Positions 21,772 through 33,968 of a DNA stretch of 64,000 nucleotides are shown here, piece by piece. The DNA lies in assembly GCA_902557575.1 (NCBI GenBank), contig CACEAR010000002.1, positions 40,225 to 104,224 on the forward strand, read 5' to 3'. This DNA is from an uncultured SAR86 cluster bacterium (lineage in GTDB: Bacteria > Pseudomonadota > Gammaproteobacteria > Magnimaribacterales > D2472). Every line of letters begins with the position of its first letter. Positions within the stretch are counted from its first letter, which is position 1. Made by a program: the position numbers and the translations under genes. The notes beneath the pieces were generated by a model, which saw nothing but the letters and a program-made list of their open reading frames with translations, ran no database searches and was not told where the DNA came from.

Positions 21772-22759
21772 CAGCTTTTTTCATTAATTCTAAGATTTGG
21801 ACAGCATTTAAAGCAGCACCTTTTCCAAATACATTATCAGCTACAATCCAGCATGATATCCAATCTTCATTATTAATTTTACTTGAACGAATTCTTCCAA
21901 CATAAACGTCACTTGTTTTATTTGCATTTTCAAGAGCAGTTGGAAAAGCTTCTTTTGAAGGATCATCAATTACTTTTATGCCCTCTTTGCCTTCGAGTAA
22001 TTTTATTATGCTTGATCTTGAGGCCTCATTTCTTACTTTTATAAAAACTGATTCAGAGTGTCCATTTATTACCGGCACTCTTACGCAAGTAGAAGTTACG
22101 TGAATTTTTTCATCTAATATTTTTTTTGTTTCCCAGTCGAGCTTCATTTCTTCTTTCGTAAAACCATTATCTAAAAATTTATCACATTGAGGTATAACAT
22201 TTCCTGCTATGGTTTTAGAAAATATATTGGATATAGTGGAGATTGACTGAGACTGGTTTTCAAGCTCTTTTATACCTTGCTCACCTGCACCCGATACTGC
22301 TTGAAAAGTAGTTATCATTACACTCTCGATACCAAATTCTTTATGGATGTGATCGAGGATCATCAAGAGCTGAGCTGTTGAACAGTTCGGATTAGCAACT
22401 AGATTGGTTTTCTTACTAATTATATTCCCATTAATTTCTGGGATTATAAGAGGTACATCATCTTCATATCTAAAGTAGGAAGACATATCTAAAACCTTAC
22501 AATCGGATTCGATAAACTTATTCGCATAATCCCTTGCTACTTCAGAACCAGCAGACAATATTGCATAGTCAGGCTTATTAAAATCAAATTTATCAATGTC
22601 TTCAATAATGCAATCTTTATCTAAAAAATTTATTGAAGAGCCAGCTGATTTTTTGCCTAATAAGAAAATCTCATCTATTTTGAATTCTCTTTTTTGTAGT
22701 TGTTCTAGTAAATTTCTCCCAACTAATCCGGATGCTCCAACTATAGCCAACTTAGACAT
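21761..22759 (-). CDS. asd: Aspartate-semialdehyde dehydrogenase
   Basis: [40 protein letters not shown]. Confidence 0.95.
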   Translation of the reverse strand: MSKLAIVGASGLVGRNLLEQLQKREFKIDEIFLLGKKSAGSSINFLDKDCIIEDIDKFDFNKPDYAILSAGSEVARDYANKFIESDCKVLDMSSYFRYEDDVPLIIPEINGNIISKKTNLVANPNCSTAQLLMILDHIHKEFGIESVMITTFQAVSGAGEQGIKELENQSQSISTISNIFSKTIAGNVIPQCDKFLDNGFTKEEMKLDWETKKILDEKIHVTSTCVRVPVINGHSESVFIKVRNEASRSSIIKLLEGKEGIKVIDDPSKEAFPTALENANKTSDVYVGRIRSSKINNEDWISCWIVADNVFGKGAALNAVQILELMKKADEN

Positions 22760-23837
22760 CAGATTTTTCCTTGATTATTGGAATTAGTTCAGATGCAACC
22801 TCACCAGTATTTAAGAAAGATGTATCTTCCGTTAAATCTTGTGTTCTAAAGCCTCTTGAAATAAATTCTTTTACAGATTCTTCGATTATGTTTGCTACTT
22901 CGTGATTTTCAAGAGAGTACCTAAAAGCCATTGCTAGAGAGAGGATCATTGCTAAGGGATTTGCTAAGTTCTTGCCAGCTATATCAGGTGCGCTGCCGTG
23001 ACACGGTTCATACATTCCTTGAGAAGAGCTGTTGAGTGATGCGGAAGGCAGCATACCTATAGAGCCAGTTAGTGTTGCAGCAATATCAGATAAAATATCA
23101 CCAAATAGGTTACTAGAAACAATTACATCAAACTGATTGGGATCAAGCACTAATTGCATTGCAGTATTGTCAGCAAGCTGATGTGTCAATTCAACATCAG
23201 GATACTCCTTTGATAGGTTTGTAATTATTTCTCTCCAAAACTTTGAAACTTCAAGAACATTTGCTTTTTCTACTGAACATAGTTTTTTATTTCTTTTTTG
23301 AGCTGATTCAAATGCTACTCGACCAATTCTTTCAATCTCTTTTTCGTCATAAATCATAGTATTAAAAGCATGTGGAGGGTTTGAAGAATTATCAATTCCT
23401 CTTGGCTCTCCAAAATAAATACCGCCTGTTAACTCTCTTACTATTAAGATATCTAAATCATTGATAATTTCCTCTTTTATTGGTGAAGCTGAAGCAAGCT
23501 CATTAAAAAGGAAGGCAGGCCTGAGGTTGGCAAATAATCCAAGCTCTTTTCTTAATCCTAACAATGCTTGCTCTGGTCTTTTATCCCAATCTAAATCCTC
23601 CCATTCTGGACCACCTACAGCTCCGAAGAGAATAGCATCAGATTTTTTGGCTATCTCCAAAGTCTTATCGGGAAGAGGATGACCAGTCTTATCATAGGCT
23701 GCTCCACCAACATCATGAATTTCAATATCAAGATCAAGAGAGTATAGATCTTTAATAAATCTTAATATCTCCATTGCAGAACTTGTTACTTCAGGACCGA
23801 TGCCATCACCCGGCAAAATAAGAATTTTTTTATTCAT
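22752..23837 (-). CDS. leuB: 3-isopropylmalate dehydrogenase
   Basis: [36 protein letters not shown]; start moved to ATG 23837 (ATGA overlap with leuD). Confidence 0.97.
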   Translation of the reverse strand: MNKKILILPGDGIGPEVTSSAMEILRFIKDLYSLDLDIEIHDVGGAAYDKTGHPLPDKTLEIAKKSDAILFGAVGGPEWEDLDWDKRPEQALLGLRKELGLFANLRPAFLFNELASASPIKEEIINDLDILIVRELTGGIYFGEPRGIDNSSNPPHAFNTMIYDEKEIERIGRVAFESAQKRNKKLCSVEKANVLEVSKFWREIITNLSKEYPDVELTHQLADNTAMQLVLDPNQFDVIVSSNLFGDILSDIAATLTGSIGMLPSASLNSSSQGMYEPCHGSAPDIAGKNLANPLAMILSLAMAFRYSLENHEVANIIEESVKEFISRGFRTQDLTEDTSFLNTGEVASELIPIIKEKSDV

Positions 23838-24463
23838 TCGAAAATCCATGGGTTATTTTCTTTTCTATGTTCTTCAAATTTCTTAATTAGTTTTGAATCT
23901 TTAAGAGTAATATCGATCTCATCAAGGCCATAAATGATTCTTTCAGCCAAATTATCATCAAGATCAAAATAAATAGAGAGCTTATCTTTAAAAAGTATAA
24001 CTTTATCTTTTATATTTACTGAAATAGTTACTGGATTATCTGTAGACAATGAAAATAGTTCTTCAATTTCAGTTTTTTTGAGCTTTAATGGTAAAACACC
24101 ATTTTTGAAACAATTATTATAAAAAATATCGCCAAATGAGCTTGCTATAACAACTTCGATACCAAAGTCTCTGAGAGCCCAAACTGCATGCTCTCTACTT
24201 GAGCCACATCCAAAATTATCTCTTGTAAGCAAAACTTTTGATTCATCATAAGGCGAATTGTTAAGAATGAACTCATGATTGATTTTTCTTTCAGCCTTTT
24301 TTATTCCAAGACGACCCTGATCTTTATATCTCCAGCCATCAAAAAGATAATCCTCGTATCCAAATTTTTTAATAGATTTTAAATATTCTGTTGGGATAAT
24401 TTGATCAGTATCTATATTATCTCTATCAATTGGAGCTACAATGCCTTCAATAAAATCTTTCAT
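23834..24463 (-). CDS. leuD: 3-isopropylmalate dehydratase small subunit
   Basis: [28 protein letters not shown]. Confidence 0.97.
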   Translation of the reverse strand: MKDFIEGIVAPIDRDNIDTDQIIPTEYLKSIKKFGYEDYLFDGWRYKDQGRLGIKKAERKINHEFILNNSPYDESKVLLTRDNFGCGSSREHAVWALRDFGIEVVIASSFGDIFYNNCFKNGVLPLKLKKTEIEELFSLSTDNPVTISVNIKDKVILFKDKLSIYFDLDDNLAERIIYGLDEIDITLKDSKLIKKFEEHRKENNPWIFE

Positions 24464-24464
24464 C

Positions 24465-25865
24465 TTAAATCTCTTTTACAATCCTTCCGTTTATTGCGGT
24501 TAGAGCAGCCATCTTTGGGCTCATTAAATGCGTTCTACCTAAGTTACCCTGACGACCCTCAAAATTCCTATTTGAAGTTGAAGCACATCTTTCATAGGGA
24601 CTTAATTGGTCTGGATTCATGCCTAAACACATAGAACAACCTGGTGCCCTCCACTGAAATCCAGCATCAATGAATATTTTATGAATTCCCTCCTTCTCAG
24701 CTTGTTCTTTAACCATTCCAGAACCTGGGACAACAATAGCTTCATGGATATTTTCAGATACCTTTTGACCTTTTAAAACTTCTGCGGCTTCTCTTAGATC
24801 TTCAATTCGAGAATTAGTACATGATCCAATGAATACTTTATCGAAATCTAAATCGCTCAATTCCTGATTATCTGACAATCCCATATAATTTTTAGCAAGA
24901 TCTAAGCTTTTTCTTTTTTCAGCAGAAAAAATTGAACTCGGTGGAATCTTTTCGTTGAAATCAATAACCATTTCAGGTGATGTGCCCCAAGAAACTTGAG
25001 GATTAATTTTTGATACATCAATATCAATTTCCTTATCGAACATTGCATCTTTATCAGTTGTTAAATTTTTCCATTTTTTAATAGCATCATTTATTAAATT
25101 AGCTTCAAGGTTAGAATGTTTTTTAACGTATTCAATAGTTTTGTCGTCAACAGACACTAATCCTACTTTAGCTCCTGCTTCAATAGACATATTGCATATT
25201 GTCATTCTGGCTTCCATAGAGATATTTCGTATATATGATCCCGCAAATTCAACTGCATATCCTGTTCCACCTGCAGTTCCTATTGTCCTAATTAAATATA
25301 AAATAATATCTTTTGAGGATACTCCTTCTTGTATCGACCCCTCAAAATTTATTCTCATATTTTTAAGCTTCCTTACTTTTAAACTTTGAGTTGCAAGAAC
25401 ATGCTCCACTTCAGATGTTCCAATTCCCATTGCAAGACAACCAAAAGCACCATGAGTTGAAGTATGCGAGTCGCCACAAACAATACTCATTCCGGGAAGC
25501 GTTAAGCCTAATTCTGGCCCAATTACATGAACTATGCCTTGATTATTTGAGTTGATATTAAATTGTTTTATACCGAAATCATTACAATTTTTATCTAACT
25601 CGACAACCTGCAACTTTGAGATATTGTCTTCAATGTTCTCTATGCTAAATTCGTTACCCCTTGTAGTTGGAACATTGTGATCTGGAGTAGCAATGTTTGC
25701 ATTAATTCTCCATGGTTTGAGTGATTTTTTTTTGAGGCCCTCAAAAGCTTGAGGAGATGTTACTTCATGAAGAAAATGTCTATCAATATAAATTAGCGAG
25801 TCTCCATCATCATAGGATCTTATTAAGTGCTCATTCCAGAGCTTGTCATATATGGTGTATCCCAT
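24465..25865 (-). CDS. leuC: 3-isopropylmalate dehydratase large subunit
   Basis: [43 protein letters not shown]. Confidence 0.98.
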   Translation of the reverse strand: MGYTIYDKLWNEHLIRSYDDGDSLIYIDRHFLHEVTSPQAFEGLKKKSLKPWRINANIATPDHNVPTTRGNEFSIENIEDNISKLQVVELDKNCNDFGIKQFNINSNNQGIVHVIGPELGLTLPGMSIVCGDSHTSTHGAFGCLAMGIGTSEVEHVLATQSLKVRKLKNMRINFEGSIQEGVSSKDIILYLIRTIGTAGGTGYAVEFAGSYIRNISMEARMTICNMSIEAGAKVGLVSVDDKTIEYVKKHSNLEANLINDAIKKWKNLTTDKDAMFDKEIDIDVSKINPQVSWGTSPEMVIDFNEKIPPSSIFSAEKRKSLDLAKNYMGLSDNQELSDLDFDKVFIGSCTNSRIEDLREAAEVLKGQKVSENIHEAIVVPGSGMVKEQAEKEGIHKIFIDAGFQWRAPGCSMCLGMNPDQLSPYERCASTSNRNFEGRQGNLGRTHLMSPKMAALTAINGRIVKEI

Positions 25866-26953
25866 TATTCCGTTACAAATGGGAGTTTTTGATCAACATC
25901 ACCGCACTGTGCCTGGTTTCTAAGAAGATGGTCAATTAAAACAAGGTTCACCATTGCCTCTGCAATTGGTACTGCTCGAATTCCAACACAAGGATCATGT
26001 CTTCCTTTAATTTCAAGCTCAACCTCATTTCCATCTTTATCTATGGATGTGGTAGCTTTACTTATGCTGGATGTGGGTTTAATTAAAAAACTTATATCAA
26101 TATCATCACCATTTGAAATTCCACCAAGGATTCCACCAGAATTATTTGAATCAAATCCGGTCTTGGTAATTTCATCTCTTAGCTCAGATCCTTTTGAAAA
26201 TGGAATCTTGTCAGAGTTGCCAATAGAAACCGATTTTACGGCATTGATACTCATTATGGCTTTTGCTAAATCAGCATTTAATTTATCGAAAACAGGTTCT
26301 CCAAGGCCAACTGGGCAGTTTTGAACTTTAATATTTAGCTTGGCGCCTATTGAGTCGCCTTCTTTGATAAGTTCTTCAAAAAACTCTTCAAGTGAGCTAA
26401 TTTTTGATCTATCAGGAAAGAAGAATTTATTTTTATTTACAAATTCAAGATCAACTGTATCAGCAGAAATACTTCCGATTTGTGATACAAAGCCCTTAGT
26501 TATAATTCCATGTGTATTTAAATACTTCTTAGCAACTGCTCCAGCAGCAACTCGCATTGCTGTCTCTCTTGCACTTGATCTGCCCCCACCTCTGTAATCT
26601 CTTATACCATACTTTCCTTGATATGTGAGGTCAGCATGATTTGGCCTAAATGTATTTTTAATATTTGAATAATCTTTTGAAATCTGATCTTCATTTTTGA
26701 TTAACAATGCTATGGGAGTTCCAAGGGTTTTTCCTTCAAAAACTCCTGACATAATTTCAACTTTGTCGTCTTCTTTCCTCTGGGTAGTAACGTCTGACTG
26801 GCCAGGCTTTCTTCTTTCAAGCTCCATCTGAATATCTTCATTTTTTATTTCAAAATTAGGTGGGCATCCGTCAATTATGCAGCCCATAGCTTCGCCATGA
26901 CTTTCACCAAAAGTCGTTACAGAAAAGATTTTTCCAAATGTGTTACCTGACAT
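25865..26953 (-). CDS. aroC: Chorismate synthase
   Basis: [29 protein letters not shown]. Confidence 0.98.
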   Translation of the reverse strand: MSGNTFGKIFSVTTFGESHGEAMGCIIDGCPPNFEIKNEDIQMELERRKPGQSDVTTQRKEDDKVEIMSGVFEGKTLGTPIALLIKNEDQISKDYSNIKNTFRPNHADLTYQGKYGIRDYRGGGRSSARETAMRVAAGAVAKKYLNTHGIITKGFVSQIGSISADTVDLEFVNKNKFFFPDRSKISSLEEFFEELIKEGDSIGAKLNIKVQNCPVGLGEPVFDKLNADLAKAIMSINAVKSVSIGNSDKIPFSKGSELRDEITKTGFDSNNSGGILGGISNGDDIDISFLIKPTSSISKATTSIDKDGNEVELEIKGRHDPCVGIRAVPIAEAMVNLVLIDHLLRNQAQCGDVDQKLPFVTE

Positions 26954-27003
26954 AGCGGATTATTATATGCTATTTTTTAAAAAACGCTTGGATTATAAGT
27001 GTT

Positions 27004-28449
27004 TCAGAGAGATAGAAGCTTTTGAAAATCAACTACACTCATAGATGTAAGCTTATCGAAATCTAAGAACTCTTTATAAATCTGCTCTGATTTCTCATCG
27101 TCAAAAACAGTTTTTAGATTACTTAAAAACTTTTTCTCAAGCACAGGAATGCCTTCATTTCTTCTTCTTCTATGGCCAATAGGATACTCAACCTCAATTT
27201 CTTGAGAGGAAGAACCATCTTTGAAAAGTACTCTCAATTTGTTAGCTATTGATCTCTTTTCAGGATCAAGATAATCCTCAGAATATTTTTTATTCTCGGT
27301 AACAACCATTTTTGATCTTAATTCATCAATTCTTGGGTTCTGTGCGACTTCATCTTCATAGTCCTCAGCTACTAAATCACCTTTTAGAAGCCCGATAGCA
27401 ACCATATATTGAAGACAATGATCCCTATCTGCAGGGTTATTGAGTTCGCCAACTTTGGAAATGATTCTTATTGCTGACTCATGTGTTGTTATCTCAATTT
27501 TATCAATTTCATTAAGCCTATTGATAATTTCAGGATGTATGCTCACTGCGGCCTCAACTGCTGTTTGTGCGTGGAATTCAGCAGGAAAACTAATCTTAAA
27601 TAAAACATTTTCCATAACATATGAACCAAAGCTTTGTGGAATTCTTAAAGACTCACCTTTAAAAAGGACATCTTCAAACCCCCATGTTTTTGCAGTTAAA
27701 ACACTTGGATACCCCATCTCTCCTGATAAGGTAATCATTGCTAGTCTTACTGCGCGGCTTGTCGCATCACCGGCAGCCCAGCTTTTTCGTGACCCTGCAT
27801 TTGGAGCATGTCTGTATGTTCTCAAGCTTTGTCCATCCAACCATGCATGAGTTAGAGCATTAATAACATCTTCTTTATTTCCACCTAAAATTTTTGTTGC
27901 TACTGCAGTTGATGCTACTTTGACAAGAACTACATGATCTAAACCAACTCTGTTGAAGCTATTTTCGAGAGCTAAAATGCCTTGGATTTCATGAGCTTTA
28001 ATCATCATTTCCAGAATATCCAATACTTTTAGTGGTTCTTTACCAGCTTCAATGTTCTTTTGAGAGACATAATCTGCGCAAGCAAGTATTGCACCAAGGT
28101 TATCTGATGGATGTCCCCACTCAGCTGCAAGCCAAGTATCGTTAAAATCAAGCCATCTTATGATACATCCAATATCAAATGCTCCCTTTACGGGGTCTAA
28201 TAAATTAGCGGTTCCTGGAACTCTAACGCCATATGGTACTTCTGTACCTTCAACAACTGGCCCAAGTAATTTTGTACAAGCTGGAAAACTTAATGCTAGC
28301 AATCCACATCCTAAAGTGTCTATTAAGCAACTTTTTGCAGTTTCATAGGCTTCATCTGATTGGATCTCATAATCCATAACATAATCAGCAATTTTAATTA
28401 TTAATTCATCAGGGTCTTGTCTTGAGTTAATATCAAAAAATTGTGACAT
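27004..28449 (-). CDS. prpD: 2-methylcitrate dehydratase
   Basis: [45 protein letters not shown]. Confidence 0.96.
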   Translation of the reverse strand: MSQFFDINSRQDPDELIIKIADYVMDYEIQSDEAYETAKSCLIDTLGCGLLALSFPACTKLLGPVVEGTEVPYGVRVPGTANLLDPVKGAFDIGCIIRWLDFNDTWLAAEWGHPSDNLGAILACADYVSQKNIEAGKEPLKVLDILEMMIKAHEIQGILALENSFNRVGLDHVVLVKVASTAVATKILGGNKEDVINALTHAWLDGQSLRTYRHAPNAGSRKSWAAGDATSRAVRLAMITLSGEMGYPSVLTAKTWGFEDVLFKGESLRIPQSFGSYVMENVLFKISFPAEFHAQTAVEAAVSIHPEIINRLNEIDKIEITTHESAIRIISKVGELNNPADRDHCLQYMVAIGLLKGDLVAEDYEDEVAQNPRIDELRSKMVVTENKKYSEDYLDPEKRSIANKLRVLFKDGSSSQEIEVEYPIGHRRRRNEGIPVLEKKFLSNLKTVFDDEKSEQIYKEFLDFDKLTSMSVVDFQKLLSL

Positions 28450-28880
28450 TACCTTACCTCTATAATCAATTCATCAGAGATTATTGGGTCTTCATGAGGA
28501 ATATGTGCGAAGTTTCCAAGAACTAACCTTAATTTGTGAACTCCTTTTGGTAACTCGATAGTGTCTGAAGTTTGTCCTTTGCCGTAATGTATGTGATTTT
28601 CATCTGAAGGGATTGGCCTAGTTAAATCAGGAAGTGGAACATTTATTAAAAGATGATGATGTCCTGAATCGCAGGCAATTTGACCAGCTGGTGCAATATT
28701 AAAATTTTTAATACCAAACTCCAAATTAATTACTCCTGTCGAGGTTACTAGATTTTGATTAGGGGTAATAAAAAATACTTCTGGCTTGCCGTCTCTGCAT
28801 TGTAATGAAGGAAGATCATTAGAGGTGGTTTCTAAAGAAAAAAATAGAAATGAGATAATTAAACTAAAGATTTTTAGCAT
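28449..28880 (-). CDS. DUF4399 domain protein (secreted, His-rich)
   Basis: [26 protein letters not shown] pattern; hydrophobic N-terminus. Confidence 0.8.
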   Translation of the reverse strand: MLKIFSLIISFLFFSLETTSNDLPSLQCRDGKPEVFFITPNQNLVTSTGVINLEFGIKNFNIAPAGQIACDSGHHHLLINVPLPDLTRPIPSDENHIHYGKGQTSDTIELPKGVHKLRLVLGNFAHIPHEDPIISDELIIEVR

Positions 28881-30005
28881 TTAATCTCTATCTTGAAGAT
28901 CAACCCAAGTCGCAGATTCGGGTCCAATATATTCTTCACTAGGTCTTATAATTCTATTATCTGCTCTTTGCTCCATCACATTGGCAGCCCATCCAGAGGT
29001 TCTACCAATTACAAAAAGTGGAGTAAAGATTGGTGTTGGTATGCCTAAAAAATTATATGTAGATGCCATATAAAAATCTGTATTTGCAAAGAGATTTTTT
29101 TCTTCGCTCATTACCTTTTCAATTTCTTCTGAAACCTCATAAATGACAGAGTTGGATGCATTTGAGCTAAGCTTCTTTGCCCAGGCTTTTACAATCTTGT
29201 TTCTAGGATCCTCATCTGAATAAACCGCATGACCGAAACCCATAATCTTTTCTTTGTTTGCTAGCATATTCTTCACACCAACATTAGCATCTTCCCTTGA
29301 AGAAAATCTTTCTATCATTTCCATAGCTGCTTCATTAGCACCACCATGAAGTGGTCCTCTTAATGTTCCTATTGCCGCAGTAACACATGAATGCATATCA
29401 GACAGTGTTGATGCACACGTTCTAGCTGTAAATGTCGACGCATTAAAGCCATGTTCTGCATAGCAAATAAGAGAAGTATCAAGTGCTCTAATGTGTTCAT
29501 CACTTGGCTCGCTTCCTGTAAGTAAACTTAAAAACTGACCGCCCATAGTTTTATGATCTGTAAGAGTATCTATATCCTCGCCAAAATGAGACGCTCTATA
29601 CCAATATGTCATTATTGAAGGCATAGCAGCAAGAATCCTATCAGCTGTATCATTTTGATTAGTAAAATCTCCTTCTGGCTCAAGATTTCCTAACATAGAA
29701 GTCCCAGTTCGAAGGACATCCATTGGATGAGTTTCTTTTGGTATTGCTGTTAGAACGTTTTTTAGCTCTCTTGGTAAATCTCTATAGCTCCTGAGCTTCG
29801 AGGTATAAGAGTCGTATTCATCTTGATTAGGTAATTTTCCATAAAGTAGCATATAGGCAACTTCTTCAAAAGTTGCTTTCTCCGCTAAATCTTCAATCGC
29901 ATAACCTCTGTAAGTCAGGCCTTTACCCTCTTTACCTACGGTTGAAAGTGCAGTTTCTCCTGCGACTTGACCTCTTAATCCGGCTCCTTCAAGCTTCTTT
30001 CCCAT
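28881..30005 (-). CDS. prpC: 2-methylcitrate synthase
   Basis: GLRGQVAG, HPMDVLRT, EHGFNAST, GPLHGGANE, GFGH; between prpB and prpD. Confidence 0.95.
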   Translation of the reverse strand: MGKKLEGAGLRGQVAGETALSTVGKEGKGLTYRGYAIEDLAEKATFEEVAYMLLYGKLPNQDEYDSYTSKLRSYRDLPRELKNVLTAIPKETHPMDVLRTGTSMLGNLEPEGDFTNQNDTADRILAAMPSIMTYWYRASHFGEDIDTLTDHKTMGGQFLSLLTGSEPSDEHIRALDTSLICYAEHGFNASTFTARTCASTLSDMHSCVTAAIGTLRGPLHGGANEAAMEMIERFSSREDANVGVKNMLANKEKIMGFGHAVYSDEDPRNKIVKAWAKKLSSNASNSVIYEVSEEIEKVMSEEKNLFANTDFYMASTYNFLGIPTPIFTPLFVIGRTSGWAANVMEQRADNRIIRPSEEYIGPESATWVDLQDRD

Positions 30006-30883
30006 TAATGATCCTCCATATTCTTTATGTACTCATCCAGATTCTTTTCAAAGTTCAAGTAATCTAGTCTGTCATAAAGTTCGTCACGCGTTTGCATTAT
30101 ATCTAAAACATTTTCCTGCGTCCCATTTTTTAGTATTGATTCATATACTTTTTCAGTGGCCTTAGAGGAAGCTCTAAAAGCAGATAAAGGAAATAGCATC
30201 ATATCTACACCAGCATCCATTAATTCGTGATCTTTAAAAAGAGGTGTTTTACCAAACTCAGTAATATTTGCAAGAATAGGTTTTTGAATAGCTTCTTTTA
30301 GCTCTTTATAGTCTTGAAGAGAGGTTATAGCTTCAAGAAATATTCCGTCAGCTCCTGCATTAATATATTCTTTTGATCTTTGGATACAACCTTCAATACC
30401 CTCTGAGGCGAAAGCATCGGTTCTTGCAATAATAAAGAAATTTGGATCAGTTCTTCCTTCAACTGCGCTTTTAATTCTTTCACACATCTCTTTTGATGAA
30501 ATCAACTTTTTATTTGGTCTATGTCCACATCTTTTTGCTTCGATTTGATCCTCTAAGTGAACAGCAGCAGCTCCAGCTTCAATCATTTTTTCAATACTAT
30601 TTGAAATGTTAGTTCCATCACCCCATCCTGTATCTATATCTACCAATAATGGTAATGAAGTTGATTTAGAAATCCTTTTAACATCTACCAATACATCTTC
30701 AAGAGATGTTAAGCCTAGATCAGGAATACCATATGATGCAGAAGCTACTCCACTTCCAGATAAATAAATACATTTATGGCCCGATCTCTCTGCAAGAATT
30801 GCAGAATATGCATTTATAGCACCAACAATCTTTAAGGGATTGTTTTCTTCTAGTGCTTCTCTAAATCTTTTTCCTGCTGACAT
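30005..30883 (-). CDS. prpB: Methylisocitrate lyase
   Basis: LVDIDTG, KRCGH, ARTDA, ANITEFG. Confidence 0.96.
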   Translation of the reverse strand: MSAGKRFREALEENNPLKIVGAINAYSAILAERSGHKCIYLSGSGVASASYGIPDLGLTSLEDVLVDVKRISKSTSLPLLVDIDTGWGDGTNISNSIEKMIEAGAAAVHLEDQIEAKRCGHRPNKKLISSKEMCERIKSAVEGRTDPNFFIIARTDAFASEGIEGCIQRSKEYINAGADGIFLEAITSLQDYKELKEAIQKPILANITEFGKTPLFKDHELMDAGVDMMLFPLSAFRASSKATEKVYESILKNGTQENVLDIMQTRDELYDRLDYLNFEKNLDEYIKNMEDH

Positions 30884-30885
30884 TT

Positions 30886-31545
30886 TTATGAGTAAAACTT
30901 TACTCCTCTTATAATTCTGTCTCTATTATTTTCCCTTCTCCATCTATTTGTATCTCTGAGACTATAGACACATCCGCAATACTCTTGCTGATAAAACTTT
31001 TCACGTTTTGAGATTTCTATCATTCTTGAGGAGCCACCATCTTTTCTCCAATTGAAATCCCAGTAACTTACATCTTTATACCTCTCTGCAGCTCGTTTTC
31101 CAGAGTCATTTATTTGATTCATATCTTTCCATCTTGAGATACCCAGTGTTGTGGCGAAATAGTTGAAATTATTCTCATGAGCATAAAGTGCTGATCTTTC
31201 AAATCTCATATCAAAGCAAACTGTACATCTTTTTCCTCTTTCGGGTTCATTCTCTAAGCCTTTTACTCTTTGAAACCAGTTATCCTTATCATAGTCTGCA
31301 TCAATAAAATCAAATCCAAGCTTATCGCAGAATCTTTTATTTTCTTCCTTTCTTATTTCATATTCTTCCAACGGATGGATATTTGGATTATAAAAGTAAA
31401 CCGTAGTTTTAATATTTGCTGCTGCAACAGCCTCCATAATTTCACCTGCACATGGCGCACAACAGCTGTGCAAAAGAAGATTATTTTCTCCTTCGCTTAA
31501 CTCAAGATCAGGTCTTATGTATTCTTTCAAGGACAGTTTATTCAT
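30886..31545 (-). CDS. queH: Epoxyqueuosine reductase QueH
   Basis: [27 protein letters not shown]; start taken as ATG 31545 (track ORF begins 31566). Confidence 0.9.
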   Translation of the reverse strand: MNKLSLKEYIRPDLELSEGENNLLLHSCCAPCAGEIMEAVAAANIKTTVYFYNPNIHPLEEYEIRKEENKRFCDKLGFDFIDADYDKDNWFQRVKGLENEPERGKRCTVCFDMRFERSALYAHENNFNYFATTLGISRWKDMNQINDSGKRAAERYKDVSYWDFNWRKDGGSSRMIEISKREKFYQQEYCGCVYSLRDTNRWRRENNRDRIIRGVKFYS

Positions 31546-32149
31546 GCTGGTAAATAGAATTTTCAAAAAGTTTGGCTTCTAGTTCATTATAGTCTTTTAC
31601 TACCTCTATTTCAGGATGCTTAGATGTAACTTTCTCTGGAGCATTTATAAAAAAACCTTTTTCACAAACTTCAAACATCTGAATATCATTGAAAGAATCA
31701 CCAGCAGCAAAACATCTATATCCTAAACCTTGAAATGATTTAATGGCTTCTTGTTTAGCTTTTTCTTGCCTAAGCTTATAAGAAGAAATCATGCCATCTT
31801 TAACATTTAGGGTATGACAGAGCAATAGAGGAAAGCCTAACTTCTCCATAAGCGGAGAAGCAATTTCATGAAATGTATCAGATAGTATTACTACCTGAAA
31901 ATTTTGTCTTAGGTTATCTAAAAAATCTCGCGCGCCATCAAGAAGTTTTACTTTTGAAGATGACCTTTGAATATCTTTTAAAGTTATCCCTTCTTGCTCC
32001 ATAACCACAAGGCGAGCATCCATTAAATCTGAGTAGCTGGGAATATCTCTGGTAGTTTTTGCAAAATCTTCTATTCCTGTATCTTCAGCAACCTGTTGCC
32101 AAATTTCTTCGGTCAACGTACCTTCCATATCTAAACATACAATTTCCAA
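31538..32149 (-). CDS. thrH: Phosphoserine phosphatase / homoserine phosphotransferase
   Basis: HAD motif [28 protein letters not shown] start. Confidence 0.9.
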   Translation of the reverse strand: MEIVCLDMEGTLTEEIWQQVAEDTGIEDFAKTTRDIPSYSDLMDARLVVMEQEGITLKDIQRSSSKVKLLDGARDFLDNLRQNFQVVILSDTFHEIASPLMEKLGFPLLLCHTLNVKDGMISSYKLRQEKAKQEAIKSFQGLGYRCFAAGDSFNDIQMFEVCEKGFFINAPEKVTSKHPEIEVVKDYNELEAKLFENSIYQHE

Positions 32150-33049
32150 TTACTTTACCTCGTTTTTTACACCATAAGGAACATGAGCTGAAGTAATTTT
32201 ACCCGATGCGTCTTGAATATTCTTCAACTGATCATCAAAAAAGATGTCGGCTTGAAATGATTTTAAAAAATCTTCTTTTGACATACCTCCTAGAAAAAGA
32301 GATTCGTCAATTCTTACTCCCCATTCACGAAGAGTTTTAATTACTCTTTTATGAGTTGGAGCTGATCTAGCAGTTACCAGCGCAGTCCTTATTGGACACT
32401 CATCAAGAGTAAACTCTCTTTGAAGTCTATTTAATTCCATCAAAAAAGGTTTCATTGGTCCTGGCTCTAAGCTAATCTTCTCGCCCTTAGTTTCATTCTT
32501 TATAAATGCTGAAATCCCTTTTTCATGATAGATTTTCTCAGATTCATCTGAAAAGATCACAGCATCTCCATCAAAAGCAATTTTTAATAAATGACTGTCT
32601 TGCTTGAAGTTACTTTTACCAGAAATTATCGTTGCAGAAGCAACATTGCTTTCGATAGCCATCCTTACATCTTCATTGCTACTTGAAAGAAAGAGGTCAA
32701 TGTTGAAATCTTTCACATATTTATGAGGGCTTTCTCCACCACAAAAAACAGCTCTTGAAATATCAAGACTATGAGCTTCAATAGAATTGAAAACTCTCAA
32801 GCCTGTGTCTGCTGAGTTTCGAGATAACAAAATGACTTCTACTCTATCTTTGGATTTATATAAATTATTTATTTCAAGGATTTTCTTGACTAGCCCAAAA
32901 GCATTGCCAGGGTTTAAGATCTTTTCTTCATTGAGGATTTGATATTCTCTATATGCATCGACACCATCTCTTTCAAAAATTTTATGGCTTTCATCAAGAT
33001 CAAACAATGCTCTAGAGGAGATACCAATTACTAATTTTGATTTTTTCAT
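32150..33049 (-). CDS. 5'-nucleotidase (cN-I-like)
   Basis: ISSRALFD, AFDGDAVIFSDESE, VTARSAP, FFDDQ. Confidence 0.92.
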   Translation of the reverse strand: MKKSKLVIGISSRALFDLDESHKIFERDGVDAYREYQILNEEKILNPGNAFGLVKKILEINNLYKSKDRVEVILLSRNSADTGLRVFNSIEAHSLDISRAVFCGGESPHKYVKDFNIDLFLSSSNEDVRMAIESNVASATIISGKSNFKQDSHLLKIAFDGDAVIFSDESEKIYHEKGISAFIKNETKGEKISLEPGPMKPFLMELNRLQREFTLDECPIRTALVTARSAPTHKRVIKTLREWGVRIDESLFLGGMSKEDFLKSFQADIFFDDQLKNIQDASGKITSAHVPYGVKNEVK

Positions 33050-33055
33050 TTCAAG

Positions 33056-33100
33056 TTGATTATAAAGTAAATATTATTTATACTGTATATATATTCAGTA
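33056..33100 (+). promoter_or_regulatory. lexA promoter with LexA (SOS) box
   Basis: TTGATT (33056-33061), 17-bp spacer, TATACT (33079-33084); SOS box TACTGTATATATATTCAGTA at 33081-33100. Confidence 0.92.
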
Positions 33101-33105
33101 AAATT

Positions 33106-33714
33106 ATGAAAGAACTTACAATTCAGCAAAAGAAAGTACTTCAATGTATTAAATTTTATATTAAAAAGACTGGTTTCCCACCAACTAGAGCAGATATTTG
33201 TAGAGAGCTAGGCTTTAAATCCCCTAATGCAGCGGAGAGCCACCTAAGAGCTCTTGAAAAAAAGGGCTATATAACGATTGAGAATGGAGCATCTAGGGGT
33301 ATAAATCTGACAGAAAACACTGCTGAAAAATCTCAATCAATTCCTGTTATTGGTTTAGTCGCTGCAGGATCACCAACTCTTGCAGATGAAAATATTGAAA
33401 AGCATATACCATATCAAGAGTCACTTTTCTTATCTGACTTCGATTACTTTTTAAGAGTAAAGGGTCTTAGTATGAAAGATGCTGGAATCATGGAAGATGA
33501 TCTTGTTGCCATTAAGAAGACATCAGAGGTTAGAAATGGGGATATAGTTGTAGCGAGGATAGATGATGAAGTAACGCTAAAATACTTCCAGTCATCGGGT
33601 AATCAAATAAAACTTATCCCGGCAAACGATGATTTCGATGAAATATACATTAACAAAGAAACAGAAGGATTCTTTATAGAGGGAAAAAGCGTAGGTTTAA
33701 TTCGAGAAAATTAG
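33106..33714 (+). CDS. lexA: SOS repressor LexA
   Basis: PPTRADIC..LGFKSPNAAESHL HTH, VAAG cleavage site, GLSM and VTLK catalytic dyad; start placed at ATG 33106 downstream of the SOS box. Confidence 0.97.
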   Translation: MKELTIQQKKVLQCIKFYIKKTGFPPTRADICRELGFKSPNAAESHLRALEKKGYITIENGASRGINLTENTAEKSQSIPVIGLVAAGSPTLADENIEKHIPYQESLFLSDFDYFLRVKGLSMKDAGIMEDDLVAIKKTSEVRNGDIVVARIDDEVTLKYFQSSGNQIKLIPANDDFDEIYINKETEGFFIEGKSVGLIREN

Positions 33715-33968
33715 TGAAGAGTAACTTCTTTTTTCTTTATATTATCTAACTGCGAATCAAAAAATTCATCAAAATCGGAAACATTGCCGCTTATCGATTC
33801 AATGCCAGCTCTTATCATCTCTTTAGCAATATGAAGTTCTTGTCCTTGAAGTAGCTGCTTTGACTCACCCGAAAACTTAATTTTAACCAAGGGATTTTCC
33901 TTGTCATCAGACCTTCTTAGGACAATTGTGCCGTCTGATAATTGGGCTAATTCAAGGTAATTATTCAT
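33711..33968 (-). CDS. Small hypothetical protein, resembles a conserved gammaproteobacterial family
   Basis: 85 aa, LELAQLSDGTIVLRR..PLV..FS..IAKEM..AG pattern recalled from Pseudomonadales hypotheticals; fills the gap after topA. Confidence 0.7.
   Translation of the reverse strand: MNNYLELAQLSDGTIVLRRSDDKENPLVKIKFSGESKQLLQGQELHIAKEMIRAGIESISGNVSDFDEFFDSQLDNIKKKEVTLH

Noticed and set aside
33037..33105. Longer lexA N-terminus in the ORF track
   Set aside because: It would overlap the divergent gene and contain the promoter and SOS box; LexA similarity begins at ATG 33106.
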